Source: Crassostrea angulata (lineage: Eukaryota). From it: a DNA stretch of 64,000 nt. The stretch covers positions 8,295,492-8,359,491 of the forward strand of contig NC_069115.1 in the NCBI RefSeq assembly GCF_025612915.1. The letters are read 5' to 3'. Of this stretch, positions 45,115 to 57,566 are shown piece after piece. The first letter of the stretch is position 1, and each line of letters opens with the position of its first letter. The notes beneath the pieces were generated by a model, which was not told the origin of the DNA, did no database searches, and worked only from the letters and a program-made list of their open reading frames with translations. The position numbers and the translations under genes were made by a program.

Positions 45115-47098
45115 TCATCCTTAGGCAAAGGGGATTCAAAGTTGTGAAAATTAAGGGTCACACCCGTTTTCAAGGGGAGATAATTAGAAATTAATGAAAA
45201 ATTTCGAGAAATCTTTAAAAATCTTCTTCTCAGAAACTAAACAGCCAGGAAATCTGAAACTTGTGTGGAAGCATCCTCAGGTAGTGTAGATTCAAAGTTG
45301 TGAAAATCATGACCCCCAGGGGTAGGGTGGGGCCACAATGGGGGGTCGAAATTTTACATAGGAATATATAGAGTAAATCTTTAAAAATCTTCTTCTCAGA
45401 AACTAAACAGCCAGGAAATCTGAAACTTGTGTGGAAGCATCCTCAGGTAGTGTAGATTCAAAGTTGTGAAAATCATGACCCCCCAGGGGTAGGGTGGGGC
45501 CACAATGGGGGGTCGAAGTTTTACATAGGAATATATAGAGTAAATCTTTAAAAATCTTCTTCTCAGAAACTAATCAGCCAGGAAAGCTGAAACTTGTGTG
45601 GAAGCATCCTCAGGTAGTGTAGATTCAAAGTTGTGAAAATCATAACCCCTGGGGTTAGGTTGGGGCCACAATGGGGGGTCGAAGTTTTACATAGGAATAT
45701 ATAGAGTAAATCTTTAAAAACCTTCTTCTCAAAAAATAATCAGCCAGGAAAGCTGAAACTTGTGTGGAAGCATCCTCAGGTAGTGTAGATTCAAAGTTGT
45801 GAAAATCATGATCCCTGGGGGTAGGGTGAGGCCACATTGGGGGGGGGGGGGGTGTTAAAATTTTACATAGGAATATATAGAGTAAATCTTTAAAAATCTT
45901 CTTCTCAGAAACTAATCAGCCAGGAAAGCTGAAACTTGTGGGAAGTATCCTCAGGTAGTGTAGATTCAAAGTTGTGAAAATCATGATCCCTGGGGGTAGG
46001 GTGAGGCCACATTGGGGGGGGGGGTGTTAAAGTTTTACATAGGAATAAAGAGTAAATCTTTAAAAATCTTCTTCTCAGAAACTAATCAGCAAGATGATTC
46101 TTTTTAATTGTTAAGACTTTGGCTCCTGGACAATCCTTCGGCCTCACAAGAAGGTTCAGAGTTTGATGTAGCTAAATATCCCATATATAAACAATTGTAA
46201 AGGATCTTTTTGAGAACTGCAATACTCAACATGTGATATGACTATAAAATTGAAGCAGGCAGCTATTTTTTCATTAGAATCTTTTTGTATTACTGTTTTG
46301 GGTTAATTATTGCCTTTGATTTATTGATTCTTGAATATTTTAATTAATGCATCCGCTGTTAACCAATTAATGTGATGATTATTTTTATACAATAATAAAT
46401 ATTCAATGTATATAAGTTGTTCTGCATAAGTAGTTTTGGGTTAGGCTGGATTAGTTTGTTTATTTTTGATTTCCAATTTTTAGATACTATGAATTATTTT
46501 AGGCTGGCACATATATAGGGACAGTGTCTATTGCATTGCAACGAGTGACTGTTTGGGGTTAAACTTGAACAGGTACGGAGAGATTGAGGGTGTTGACATC
46601 CCTGCTCTTTCTAGTCTTCGTGTTTTTCTAACCAACGATACAGAATGTGCGGTCATTTCTGCCCTGTATCGCATTGATACAAGTGTGCGGTCATACCTGC
46701 TTGTATTGGTGGTGGTTGCGGCGGAGCACTAGTGTATGGTCATCCCTGCTGGTGTTCTGGCCTTTCTAGTGCAAGTGTGCGGCACTCCCTGCGTTAGGTT
46801 GAGCTGTTGGCGCAAGTGTGAGGTCATCCCTGCTTGCGTTATCTCTGCTTGCATTAACGTTGGTACCTGTTGAGTTGCGTAGGTGTGCGGTCATCCCTGC
46901 CTGCATAACGTCGAGTCCCTATATATGTGCAGGAGCGGTGATTAAAGTCTGCTCTTGTAAATATTTTCAGCAATCAGGGCTATCCGAGTTCCAAGGGGGA
47001 AAAATGGATTTTATTTATACAGGATCTACATGTATTAATGTACATTGTCCAGATTGTATTATGACTCCATTAAGCTGACTTTATCATACCTATTGTTC

Positions 47099-47135
<37 letters not shown>
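44966..47135 (+). mobile_element. Helentron/pearl-like non-autonomous element, copy A: 5' hairpin AGCTCACCTGAGCT, (CCGT/CTGT)n microsatellite, ~160-175-bp internal tandem array (~5 units), 3' hairpin GGCCCATGGGCC; with an extra ~0.7-kb internal insertion
   Basis: Shares ends and internal array with copies at 58444-60848 and 55283-55724; tandem units at 45211-46085; an additional block at 46250-46960 carries a ~60-bp repeat (GTGTGCGGTCATCCCTGC, about 6 copies). Confidence 0.6.
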
Positions 47136-47136
<1 letters not shown>

Positions 47137-47529
47137 CTTAATATTCAATCAAATTAGATTACAATAAAAAAAACTATTAATAAATATAGGTAAGATAGAG
47201 AAACCTCCGAGTAATTTAATTTCTGTCTGATTTAAACAACTTAATTTAAGGTACTACATGTCAATCATGAACTTTATAAGATTTATAACTCATTTAAATA
47301 CACTACGGCTAATGCGGATTGCGTATTAAAGCAAGTCCTCGTGGTGTGAAATTGATCGCGGTTTAGCATAGGTAACTCAGGTAAAACCGCGCATCCTCGC
47401 GGTACAGCTTCTCACCTTGTCCACAACGTTGCGGCACTGTGAAACCAATCTCAGGTGAAAACTTTCTTGTTTTGAATGCGAGTTACCTCCCCCAATTTCT
47501 TCTCGTATGAGAAATATGATTGAGGGAAT

Positions 47530-47910
47530 TAATGAATATTAATTCATATTCCTTTATTTTATAAATGGAGTTGACTGTTACAATAATTATTTATTATTAT
47601 TAATTAAAAAAAAAAAGTTGGGGATACAAAAGGAACGTGTAATTATGCTAACACAGAACTTTGTATACTATTTTGTATACTAGCTGGTAAGCGTTACAAA
47701 TTAAATCTTGGCACATTCATCGCTGATATTTATTGATTCATATTTCTTTATTTTATAAACGGATTTGATTGTTACAATTTATTATTATTATTATTCAAAA
47801 AAATTGAGGGAAATAAAAAAAACTTGCAATTATGCTAAATAAATTCAGAATTTTGTATACTATTTTGTATACTTCTTAGATTTACATATTAAATCTTGGC
47901 ACATTCCTTG
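47530..47910. repeat. Tandem duplication of a ~190-bp AT-rich unit
   Basis: TTCATATTCCTTTATTTTATAAATGGAGTTGACTGTTACAAT... repeated with ~85% identity. Confidence 0.6.
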
Positions 47911-50475
47911 CAGGCAATTATCGGTTCTCAATTAATTAGATTAATTAACAAACATTTCATCAAAATATCTTATTTAACCTCGGGACTTCAGATCCTAATT
48001 GGCATTTCATTTACAGTCTTTCATAATTAATTCATAGTTTACCTTCAAAACATACCTTACACTTGGTAATTTCACTTAAATACCTTTAAAGAATTTGTTT
48101 AATGAAAAACAAAGTACATTGTAGATATAAAATGTTTTAAATTGCACTCGCTTAATACCGATGGACCCGATTCGATCCCGTGATCGACAGTGGTTGTGTG
48201 TGATAGGGAATGGTGGTGGCCCGCTTGGACACGTGGGTATTTTCGGCCAACGAAAGATATTAATATAATTTGTAGAACTTGTTTATCAATCATTGTAAAT
48301 AAAAAAGGTTCAGTCAGTTTAAGAAAATGCTAATGTTAAAATCGTGTGTATTTAAAAACTGACTTTCCTATCCGATTTGGCAAAAGTATGATGTTCAATG
48401 GATCGCCCAATATTTTAGTTGGTCGTTCAACCAATCGGGATTTGAAAATATGAATGATCCTTTATTCTGGAAAATCCATCACATGTTAAAATTTCGCAGT
48501 GTCAGTTGACCAACAGAAGAAAGGGAATTGCGTAACATTACATATACAGTATGTGTATACAGAATTTGAGTGGTTGCCGTTAGGGTGGGTGACCTGCAGC
48601 AATAAGTGTGACTTTGGTGTCAGCTAAATAGAAATATATAGTCTGTTCTTACAAACAGCGAAATTTTCTTGATAGAATTATTTAATTTGAAATATGTGTA
48701 ATATTTGTTTACAAAATACATCTATGAAATTACCTCATAATGATATACTTTACACTCGATTAAAATACATTTAACAAACAGACTATAACCAGGGTTAATA
48801 AGAAATGGAGATTGGAATTGAGAACACAGCTACAGTAAATTTTATATATACATCTAGTATTTGTTCTTTTAAAATGGGAAAAATGTGATTGTTCGAAGGA
48901 ATGTAAACTTTAAATCATTATTGGAATCATATGAACATACGACTTGTGTTTGTGTGCAAAAGTAAAAAAAAAACTTCCTTACACGATGTGTGATACTGAT
49001 ACATTATTTATTCCTCGAGCCATGTTAAAATTAAGAAAGTTTTAATTTTCAAGTTTCTTAGAATTTTATATATATTGATCTTTGAGAGAACGAGAGAGAG
49101 AGAGAGAAGGTTTCTCAACATTCGATAAGATTTCTCAAGGCACGTGAACAGAGCACGGGTGCTAGCTGTCACAGACGGGAAGTGCTATGTAATAGTAATA
49201 CACACCTGTAAACACTGTACTTGTCAGTGTATGAATTATGCATTATTTTGTGTTCGAATATAGACGGTCTACCTAAAGGGCTTGCGTTATTTATTGTCCC
49301 CTTCATGATTATAATAATGCATTATTGCATGCCATTCATCAAACTCCCTTTAAAATTTTACTTTTTTCTGAAAACGGCTACATGTATGAATACTTTACAG
49401 CTGCTTTACAGGTAACTCTTTTGGCTCGAACTATGATCGCGCGAAGTGAGTCTCCGGTCCAGTTTTTTCCCCCAATATAACTAAGCAAATTTACTCTCTT
49501 GATCTATCGAAACCCTTGATCCCTCGAAATTAAACTCCAGTCCCATTATTCATAATCTATTGTTTCTACTCTCGATACCTTGAAAAGGCTGTGTATATGC
49601 AAGCGTTACCTAATCTTAACACCTACTTGCAATGGTCATTTAATTGGATCAAGGGGTTAGATGCGGGACCCATAAAACACACTAGAGTAGAAATAATACA
49701 CACTCTCAAAATCAATCACATGTGAAATCAAAACAAGCATAATTGATTGGATTTAATGGTGTAATAATTGTTTTAAGATCATGCTTTGATCATTGATAAG
49801 ATGAATTTTTCTATGTTAAAAAATTGATTGATCCGCCTATCTCGACACAAAATATGCGTCAAAATTTACAGTATGATGTCACAGCGATCAGTCAGTTTAT
49901 ATTTATCGTTGTTGGACTTATTTGACTACAAAGTTGCACACATAGGTAATTTTTAATGTAGCTGAATGTTTTAGTTCCCATAACAATCGGAAATTATTTT
50001 ATCTATTATTTAGCATTTTTGACGACTTGTTGTTTTGTATGATGTCATAGTTAAAATTTCCCATACTTTCTGGTCGGCGCAACCACAAATTAAAGTAAAC
50101 CTTAACAGTGCTGCGTAATGGGAAAAACGTGCAAGTTGAGGCCTACGGTAGCGCCCTCATAATAGTACATCGCGTAATATTTGCCTTCTTAAAATTTGTG
50201 GCACTTTATTAACTCATCATATGCAAAAACAAACTTTAAAATATTACTAATTTTCAAGTACACGTATATATGCATGATTTGCGTAATACACTGCTATGTT
50301 TGGGACTCTTGTACGTTATTAACAAAATACATGTAGCAGTAGTTTCCTAGAAGTTTTTGTTGAAAACAATTCAAAAGAAAATAATGAATTTCTCTTCCAA
50401 TAATGTCTAAATTCTAACAATAATTTAAGAACACAGCTTTTTTTTTCTTCTCGATTTAATCCCTGATACAGAACA

Positions 50476-51971
50476 TACGAGGGTTGTCCAAAAAGTTCGT
50501 GGACACATGTAATTTCATTCTAAATAACGACGCTATATTTAGAAAAGTATTAAAATATTTTAATATAGACTATAATAATGCATGTGTATAAAAATCAGAA
50601 CAATGTTCATTCTCATAATGTAGTTATCACTACAAAAACATTGCCTGTACAGGCCGCACGGCCCAGTCTGACGGTTACACGACGTTTTTATAACGTCGTA
50701 CGTAGCGCGTTGGTTTCTGTCACTTTTCAACGTAGTCACCTTTGCACTGCAAACACTTCTCACACCTTCTTAGCCATGAATCGAACACATCCGAATACCA
50801 TTTACTGTCGATTTTAGATACAATGGTTCGAGTAGCATATTTAAGTCCATCAGAATCCTCAAATCTTACTGACCTCTTAGCTGTGATTTGATGAAAGGAA
50901 AAATTGCAAAATCCATCGGAGCAAGATCCGGACTGTATGGCGGGTGTTAAAGAAGATCGAATCCTAGGAGTTCGATTTCCAGACACGTGGAAGCTGCCGT
51001 ATGTGCAGGTGCATTATCTTGGTGTAGGATGATATTTCAAAGGTCTACAGCCATGGCAGGGCGTTTTTTCTTAATTGCCTTAACTAAGTCGCGGCGTAAC
51101 ACCTGTAATAAATAAAACCAATGTTTCGTTTGGTACACTGTATGTGGCTTTAGAATATGTGAATTTATTCATATATATAGTAATTAAATAAATCAAAATT
51201 AAGATTAGAATGTCCGGGTATTAAATTTATGAATTACGATATGCTAAATGTAGCGAAATGGAGGTTTGCTAACATCACTTATTGACGCGACTTCTCTTAA
51301 CGTCAGACGTCTGTCCTTCATGACAATGTCATGAATGCGGGATTTCGTTATATATCGTCACAAAGCAAAGGCCTTCCACTTCTTTCAGCGTCTTTTAAAT
51401 CGCAAACTCCATCCGAAAATCGTTTGTGCCACTTGTAGACTAGTGATCTTGATATGTGTCGATGCCTTTTTGTGTTCTCCATCATTTGTTTCGTTTGGAT
51501 AGGTGTTTTCCCCGAGTCTACGCAGAATTTAATGATGGCGCGCTGTTCCATGCGATCCGCCGACGTCGCTTTTTCTGGCGTTTTCAAAGACATGTTCTTG
51601 CCATAAACTCCTTGAAATATCCTCTGCTCAATTAAAAACAGCTTTAAATGACGTATGAAAATGACGTTCACAATTCCGACTACGTCACAGTTGAATATTT
51701 TGACGTTTTTACCTGTATTAAAAATACTGTTAATATTCATATCTTAAAACTCAATCTCGAAGTTTGGACAATTTTGACAATGGGCCGTTCGTGCTTTTCG
51801 CGACACTTTAATACAGTAAAATTTAAGTTTAATTTTAATGAAAACATTCAAAACCACTTTAATCTGATTTGGAATTTTATGACAAATATTTTGGTATACA
51901 ATATGCATATATAAACCCGTTTAAAATGACAAAAACGCGATTGTCCACGAACTTTTTGGACAGCCCTCGTA
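50476..51971 (-). mobile_element. Degenerate mariner-like element (~1.5 kb) with 30-bp TIRs; the transposase is fragmented
   Basis: TIR TACGAGGGTTGTCCAAAAAGTTCGTGGACA at 50476-50505 and its reverse complement at 51942-51971; TA dinucleotides at both ends; minus-strand ORFs encode a mariner HTH (MEQRAIIKFCVDSGKTPIQTKQMMENTK..DAERSGRP, 51348-51740) and a catalytic/C-terminal region (..PHPPYSPDLAPSDF.., WLRRCEKCLQCKGDYVEK, 50720-51060), out of frame with each other. Confidence 0.8.
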
Positions 51972-52095
51972 CACCTGTTACGGTGTCTTACACCATCGCG
52001 GTATAATCATGGCCCCGCTATCACCGCAATGACAATACCGCGAAGGTGTATCAATAAAAGGATTAAAACACCATCACAGTGTCGCAGGAAAATAC

Positions 52096-52440
52096 GGGAT
52101 CCGTGTTGGCCGTAGTGTAGCTATAGGCTGGAGCAAGTAGCCTTATTGATCTGCGTTGGCTGTAGTGTAGCTATAGGCTGGAGCAAGTAGCCTTATTGAT
52201 AGAAAAACAACACATTTTACAATTCCCTGCTTGTAAAATAAAATGTCAATACAATAACTTTACACTCGTAAATGTAAAGTTTCTATGAAGTGTTGATTCA
52301 AGATCCTATACATGTATCTGTTTCACCATGTAGGACCGGTGGTACAGGAAGGAGATATAGGAACAGATTCAGATTTGCCTCCACCACCACCACCACCACC
52401 ACCACGACCAGATATTGATTATATGGGTGCACTTGCCAAA
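52096..52440 (+). repeat. Segmental duplicate I: 55-bp tandem doublet plus a splice-acceptor-preceded exon-like block encoding (V)QEGDIGTDSDLPPPPPPPPPRPDIDYMGALAKKLAMRKRG
   Basis: 52125-52400 aligns with 52868-53110; GCCGTAGTGTAGCTATAGGCTGGAGCAAGTAGCCTTATTGATCTGCGTTG occurs twice in tandem (52096-52200). Confidence 0.6.
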
Positions 52441-53047
52441 AAACTAGCCATGAGAAAACGGGGCAGTCAGTTTCACTTACATATACATTTACATCTTATG
52501 TACATATACTTTATATCAAAATATTGGATGTATCTATCAGACAAATACTATAAAATAATGTGTATGTATACATTGCAAAATGTATCTATGTTTATCCGCA
52601 ATACTTATACTCTGGTATATGAATATGTGAAAGTTAAAAAAAAAAAGAACTTCAAAGTGAAAAATCAACAAGAGGTTAGTATAGAGAAATATCTGTATAA
52701 CATTTTTTCTGACTCAATCAATTTAGATTACAATAAAAAACTATTAACATAAGTACGGTATGTAATTTAGAGAAACCTCTGAGTAATTTAGCTTAATTGT
52801 CTGATTTAAACAACTATAGGTACATGTCAATCATGAATTTTGATAAGATTTATTATTCATTTCAAAAGCTATAGGCTGGAGCAAGTAGCTTTATTGATTA
52901 TAGCAAAACAACACATTTTGCAATGCCCTGCTTCTAAAATAAAATGTCAATACAATAACTTTACACTAAGTCTGGTAAATGTAAAGTATATACCTATGAA
53001 GTGTTGATTCAAGATCCTATACATGTGTCCTATACCATGTAGCATCT

Positions 53048-53518
53048 GTGATACAGGAAGGAGATTTAGGAGCAGATTCAGATTCAGATTTGCCCCCACC
53101 ACCACCACCACTACCACGTGCACCACATATTTCACCACCACATACACCACCACCACAACAGCAACAACTAGTACCGACCCCACAACAACAAGGGCCACCA
53201 ACACAACAACAAGGGCCACCACAACAACAAGCACCACCAAGTTCTACATGTTCAGTGGCCCCTACACCTACCCATAATGCCCAATCATCAAGTCCACAGA
53301 GAGAGAAAATACCAGGGAATTCTATTTCTAATAAAGAAATACATGACATATTTGTTTCATGGGGAATTTTATCAGCAAATCGTAGAATAAAAAGTCAATC
53401 AGCTACTCCAGTTCATCGTAGAACTCCATCATCAGGAAGAGTGAACAGTCAGTCTCTGATTTTACCACTTAATGTTGTTGAGTCATTCGTTAACAGCTTT
53501 GACAATTTTACAACTTAA
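53048..53518 (+). CDS. Candidate terminal exon/ORF of a proline- and glutamine-rich protein (paralogue of the 52312 block); function unknown
   Basis: Preceded by TACCATGTAG (acceptor-like); 156-codon ORF ..QEGDLGADSDSDLPPPPPPLPRAPHISPPHTPPPQQQQLVPTPQQQGPPTQQQGPPQQQAPP.. then a non-repetitive 90-aa tail to TAA; low-complexity, no recognisable domain. Confidence 0.3.
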   Translation: MIQEGDLGADSDSDLPPPPPPLPRAPHISPPHTPPPQQQQLVPTPQQQGPPTQQQGPPQQQAPPSSTCSVAPTPTHNAQSSSPQREKIPGNSISNKEIHDIFVSWGILSANRRIKSQSATPVHRRTPSSGRVNSQSLILPLNVVESFVNSFDNFTT

Positions 53519-53759
53519 GCAAGTCTTGGGGTTGCCCCTTTGTGAGGAAGTTTACTGGGGATAAATAGAAGTCTATCTCATTTACATATTATGTCCAGTT
53601 TTTGTTAAAATAGTTCAAGATTTTTGTTGTTTTAAAAGGTCCATGTTGTTGCTTTAATAGGTCCAATGTTTTTGTTAATTCCAGGTCCATTTATTCCCAA
53701 GTTCAGTGTGGGTTATAGGACTGGAAAGCTTGAACCTTCAAACACAGGTAAAACATGAC

Positions 53760-53960
53760 TACTGATTACAGTGTTTTTTTTGCCCCTTGTAATTTTTGCC
53801 CCTGAAGTTCAACATTTGTTAACAGTTGCGCCCGGTCTCAAATTTGCCCACAGTTGTGGTTAAATAGAGATATTACAAGACGTTGGGATTCGCCCAGTCT
53901 TAAATTCACCAACTGGCAATTAAGGCGAAAGGGGCAAAAATATAATGGGGGCAAATGTCT
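53760..53960 (-). repeat. Inverted copy of the GGCGAA-subrepeat interspersed element
   Basis: See 33330-33500. Confidence 0.45.
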
Positions 53961-55282
53961 CCCTGTTTACAGTAACATGATAACATACAGAAAAAAATTA
54001 TTACCACTTCAAAAACTTTGATATTTTTTAGGAATCTGAATTGTGTTAAAAACATAAAATACATGTTGTTAATATTTATTATACATGTATACTTGAAAAT
54101 CACACTGTCTTTTTATTCAGTCAACTGACCATTACCTTTAAGGATGACGTTTACTCAGAATGAAAAAAAAATCCACTGATGATAATGAAAAACCATCTAT
54201 TGTGTGTTATAGACCTTTGCTTGTATTGTTATTTTTCACTTTCAGAAAAGTAGGTCAATGACCTACTTTTTGAGTTAATGGCCATTGAATATTTATTGAA
54301 AAATCAAGAAAAATCCGATAAAATTTTACACTACGATTGAGATTTTCTTAATTAAAAAAATATTACAAATAATTAAACACTTTAAAAAATAAGATACACT
54401 TTATGAATGGTAGTGGCACTAAATAAGTACACAACATTAAGATTTCAGCATAATTTTTTTTAATTTATTCAGTCCGAATTTCCTCTATCATTTTTCAAAT
54501 CCCTTCCCATTTTTGATTCAATTTTACAAAAAATTGAATGATGATAATACAAAAACATTTATGGTATTGAACTACTTATATTGACCAAATTCTGTTGGCA
54601 TAAAATTTATATGAGGTCAATGATCAAAATTTTGAGATATGGTGTCTTTTATCGTTTTTAAGCATTTTTCAATATTTTTATTATTCGTGCCATAAGATTA
54701 TTTTTATGAATAAGTGAGGTAAAACTAACGGAAAATATGCAAAATTACTTACACTTAAATATAAAATCCTAACTTTTAATATTAGACTACTGCCAAAAAA
54801 CTTTTAGCAGAAAACAAAATCTGCAAAATTTAGTCCGAATTTCCTCTGTTTGACAAAAAATCAACTTTTGTTTGAGTCTAATTTCATAATAAAGTAAAAC
54901 TATTGAATGTTTTGTCAATAATAATTCATTTCATAAATACTTTTTGTGTTTAGAACAAATTTTACTCATTACATTGAACTTTATATTAATCGGAATTTGA
55001 GAACTCAAACCCTGAGTAAATAACACCCTTAATATGACATTTTCTTTTCAATAAAAAGTATAGGAGTCACATTTCAAAGTTGGGCGAATTGATTTTGAAA
55101 AGAAGTTTGGATTCTTAATTTTTGTTTTATACAAATTTTAGAGGAATCAAATAATGTTGAACCTAAAACTTGGTTTGCCCTTAAAGATCATAGTACACAA
55201 TTCATACTAATTAAGTTAATTTTATTATTATACCATAAATGATTTATTCTGAAATATGCCACAAATGTTAATGCTTTTTATA

Positions 55283-55724
55283 AGCTCACCTGATTTGAAA
55301 GCTCAAGTGAGGGGTCAAAGTTTTACATAGAAATTTATAGAGTAAATCTTTAAAAATCTTCTTTTAAGAAACTAGTCAGCCAGGTGATTCGTTATAATTG
55401 TTAAGACTTTGGCCTCTGGACAATTTTTGGCCTCACAAGGGATTCAGAGTTTCATGTAGGTTTATATCCCAGATAAAAGCAACTGTTTAGGATCTTTTGG
55501 AGAATTGCAATACTCAACATGTGACTTGACTATAAAATCATCTTAGAAAAGGGACTTATGATTATAAACATAAGAATATCCAGGGGGAAAATGGATTTTA
55601 TTTATACAGGATCTACATGAATTATTGTCCATGGGTAGATAGTTTGTATTAAGACTCCATTAAGCTGATTTTATCATACCTATTAGTCCTCAGGTGAGCA
55701 ATGTGGCCCACAAGCCTCTTGTTT
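55283..55724 (+). mobile_element. Helentron/pearl-like element, copy C (short form, internal tandem array reduced to ~1 unit)
   Basis: Ends AAGCTCACCTGA.. and ..CCTCAGGTGAGCAATGTGGCCCACAAGCCTCTTGTTTAAA match copies A and B. Confidence 0.6.
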
Positions 55725-55783
55725 AAAATGTATATATATTCACTGTAAAATAATTCAAGTTCATGTTTTTTGAAGTGTTTCAG

Positions 55784-55819
55784 AGAATAAGTGATGAAAA
55801 AGTTTTGTCTACTGATGAG
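55784..55819 (+). CDS. Hsp70-family gene, short exon before the substrate-binding domain (tentative)
   Basis: Acceptor TGTTTCAG|AGA; donor GAG|GTAAGG; encodes RISDEKVLSTDE, roughly where Hsp70s have ..ILSGDKSENVQD..; phase fits the next exon. Confidence 0.35.
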
Positions 55820-55904
55820 GTAAGGGATAATTCAATCAGGAAATTTTGTTAAAAAGGATGCACAGTATTATTTTATGTTTTATTAGTTCTAAGTTTTATT
55901 AACA

Positions 55905-56150
55905 AACATGTACTGTGGAATCATCATTGTTCGTGGGGAACCAATGTTCATGGCTTTCATGGGTAACCATTGCCCACGAATTTACATCCCCATGAACCTA
56001 TACAGTCACAATCATTTGTTTAATATTCATTAGAATTATCCTGATTACTCTACCAACAAATTTACGTCCCCCAAAAACCAGGAAAAGTTTGGCTACCGAC
56101 GAACATTGACCCCCATGAACAAAAATGATCCCACAGAATTCTTTTTAATA
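55905..56150. mobile_element. MITE of the same ACTGTGGAATCAT family (copy 2, diverged right end)
   Basis: TACTGTGGAATCATCATTGTTCGTGGGGAACC ... GATCCCACAGAA. Confidence 0.5.
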
Positions 56151-56377
56151 GAGTTTTACAATGTATCATAAATTGATGTGTTAATGATATTAAATGTCTT
56201 ATGATTTAGGCAATGTAATATTATTGTGGGTTTTTTTTAAATATTCAACAGACACATCTAATATTTGCAATATGAATGACAAAACATTAATTTTATATAA
56301 AAGTCCCAAGTTTTTAGATCCTGGTTAAATTATTAAAATGATAATTGCACTTGACAGTTAATATTTTGATATTTCAG

Positions 56378-56500
56378 ACAGATGGATTAACCCTTTGTTT
56401 GATTGATACAACACCTTTGGCTCTTGGCGTCGAAGATGTGGCTGGCAATTTTATTGTCATTATTCCACAAAATACCAGTATACCCTGTAGGAAAAACCAG
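56378..56500 (+). CDS. Hsp70-family exon (start of the substrate-binding domain)
   Basis: Encodes TDGLTLCLIDTTPLALGVEDVAGNFIVIIPQNTSIPCRKNQ, compared with canonical Hsp70 [36 protein letters not shown]; acceptor ATTTCAG|ACA; the 3' end needs a non-canonical GC donor (CAG|GCATGA) to join the next exon in frame. Confidence 0.6.
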
Positions 56501-56942
56501 GCATGATGTTTTCATTATTAGAATATTAAGTAATATTTTTTAGTGATTAATCTGCATAGGCTTTTTAGGAAATTTTATTAGGTTTAGGCAAGTAGCTATG
56601 TTGTAATTATTTAAAAACTCTGGATCTCACTGTATTAAATTTGACTTTCATTTTGAATCAGAATACAGATTTTGATTAGTTCAAACTTGTAAAGATTTCA
56701 GGCACTAGCTATTCTTTTAGGGGGGGGGTCATGATTTTGCAAAGTGAAAGTGTTGAAAGTTATTTTTTGCTTCACAAGTAAAATGTAAATTAAATCTTAA
56801 AGAATTTAAAACAGAATTTCTTTTGGCAAATCAACATCTCGTTTAAATTCATATGTTTGTACAGAGAAATTGTGATGATCATCATATTTAATAGTTCATA
56901 ACCTCACAGTGCTTTCAGTACTTTGATAATTGCATTCTTCAG

Positions 56943-57047
56943 GCTTTCACATGTACTGATGCTGATCAGACTATGGCTGATATCCATGTATATGAGGGCT
57001 GTTATAAAGAGGCCAAAAAGAACAACTTCCTGGGACATCTTCAGATT
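56943..57047 (+). CDS. Hsp70-family exon (SBD beta)
   Basis: Encodes AFTCTDADQTMADIHVYEGCYKEAKKNNFLGHLQI, compared with Hsp70 [35 protein letters not shown]; acceptor TTCTTCAG|GCT; donor ATT|GTAAGT. Confidence 0.75.
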
Positions 57048-57566
57048 GTAAGTAAAGTTTACTAGTGGTAAACTAGTGTGACTTGGTTGGCGATTATGTT
57101 TCTTTACTTCTTTAATAATATAATTAGTGTTAATAGGTTTTTTTGCCTCTATGAATTTGGAGGGGAAGTAGGAGAGGGGCTGGTTTCTTTATATGGACTT
57201 ATATTAATAAATGATGCATCTAAGAAATCATTTTCTCCAAACATTTACATTCAGACGTATATATTAGAAAAAAAATACATGTATATTAAACATTATTATA
57301 ATAAAAGGGTAACTTTACCGGAGATTATGATAAACGGGGAAGAGTTGATAAAGTATGGGGGGTCAGTGATGTAATTTGGCAAATGTGACCCTAAATAATT
57401 TGGCTGACTTAGCAGGTATGCAAAATACATATAGACTGTATGTCACAATGACTCAATCTGTCAGTAATTGAACATGAATCATCAATGATACATATATCTT
57501 GATTGATACAAAGAAGAACCTCAGTAATTGAACATGAATGATACATTTATCTTGACTGATACAAAG

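Noticed and set aside
52947-53349. Minus-strand ORFs (V-rich 97 aa, C/G-rich 110 aa) opposite the Pro/Gln-rich ORF
   Set aside because: They are antisense translations of a low-complexity (CCA/CAA)n tract. Stop-free reading on both strands is expected for such sequence.
53689-53749. Exon-like segment (acceptor TTAATTCCAG, donor CAG|GTAAAA) encoding ..VWVIGLESLNLQTQ, considered as a possible Hsp70 NBD exon
   Set aside because: The similarity to the Hsp70 ..GVIAGLNVLRIINE.. motif is too weak, and no flanking NBD exons were found. It is left unannotated.
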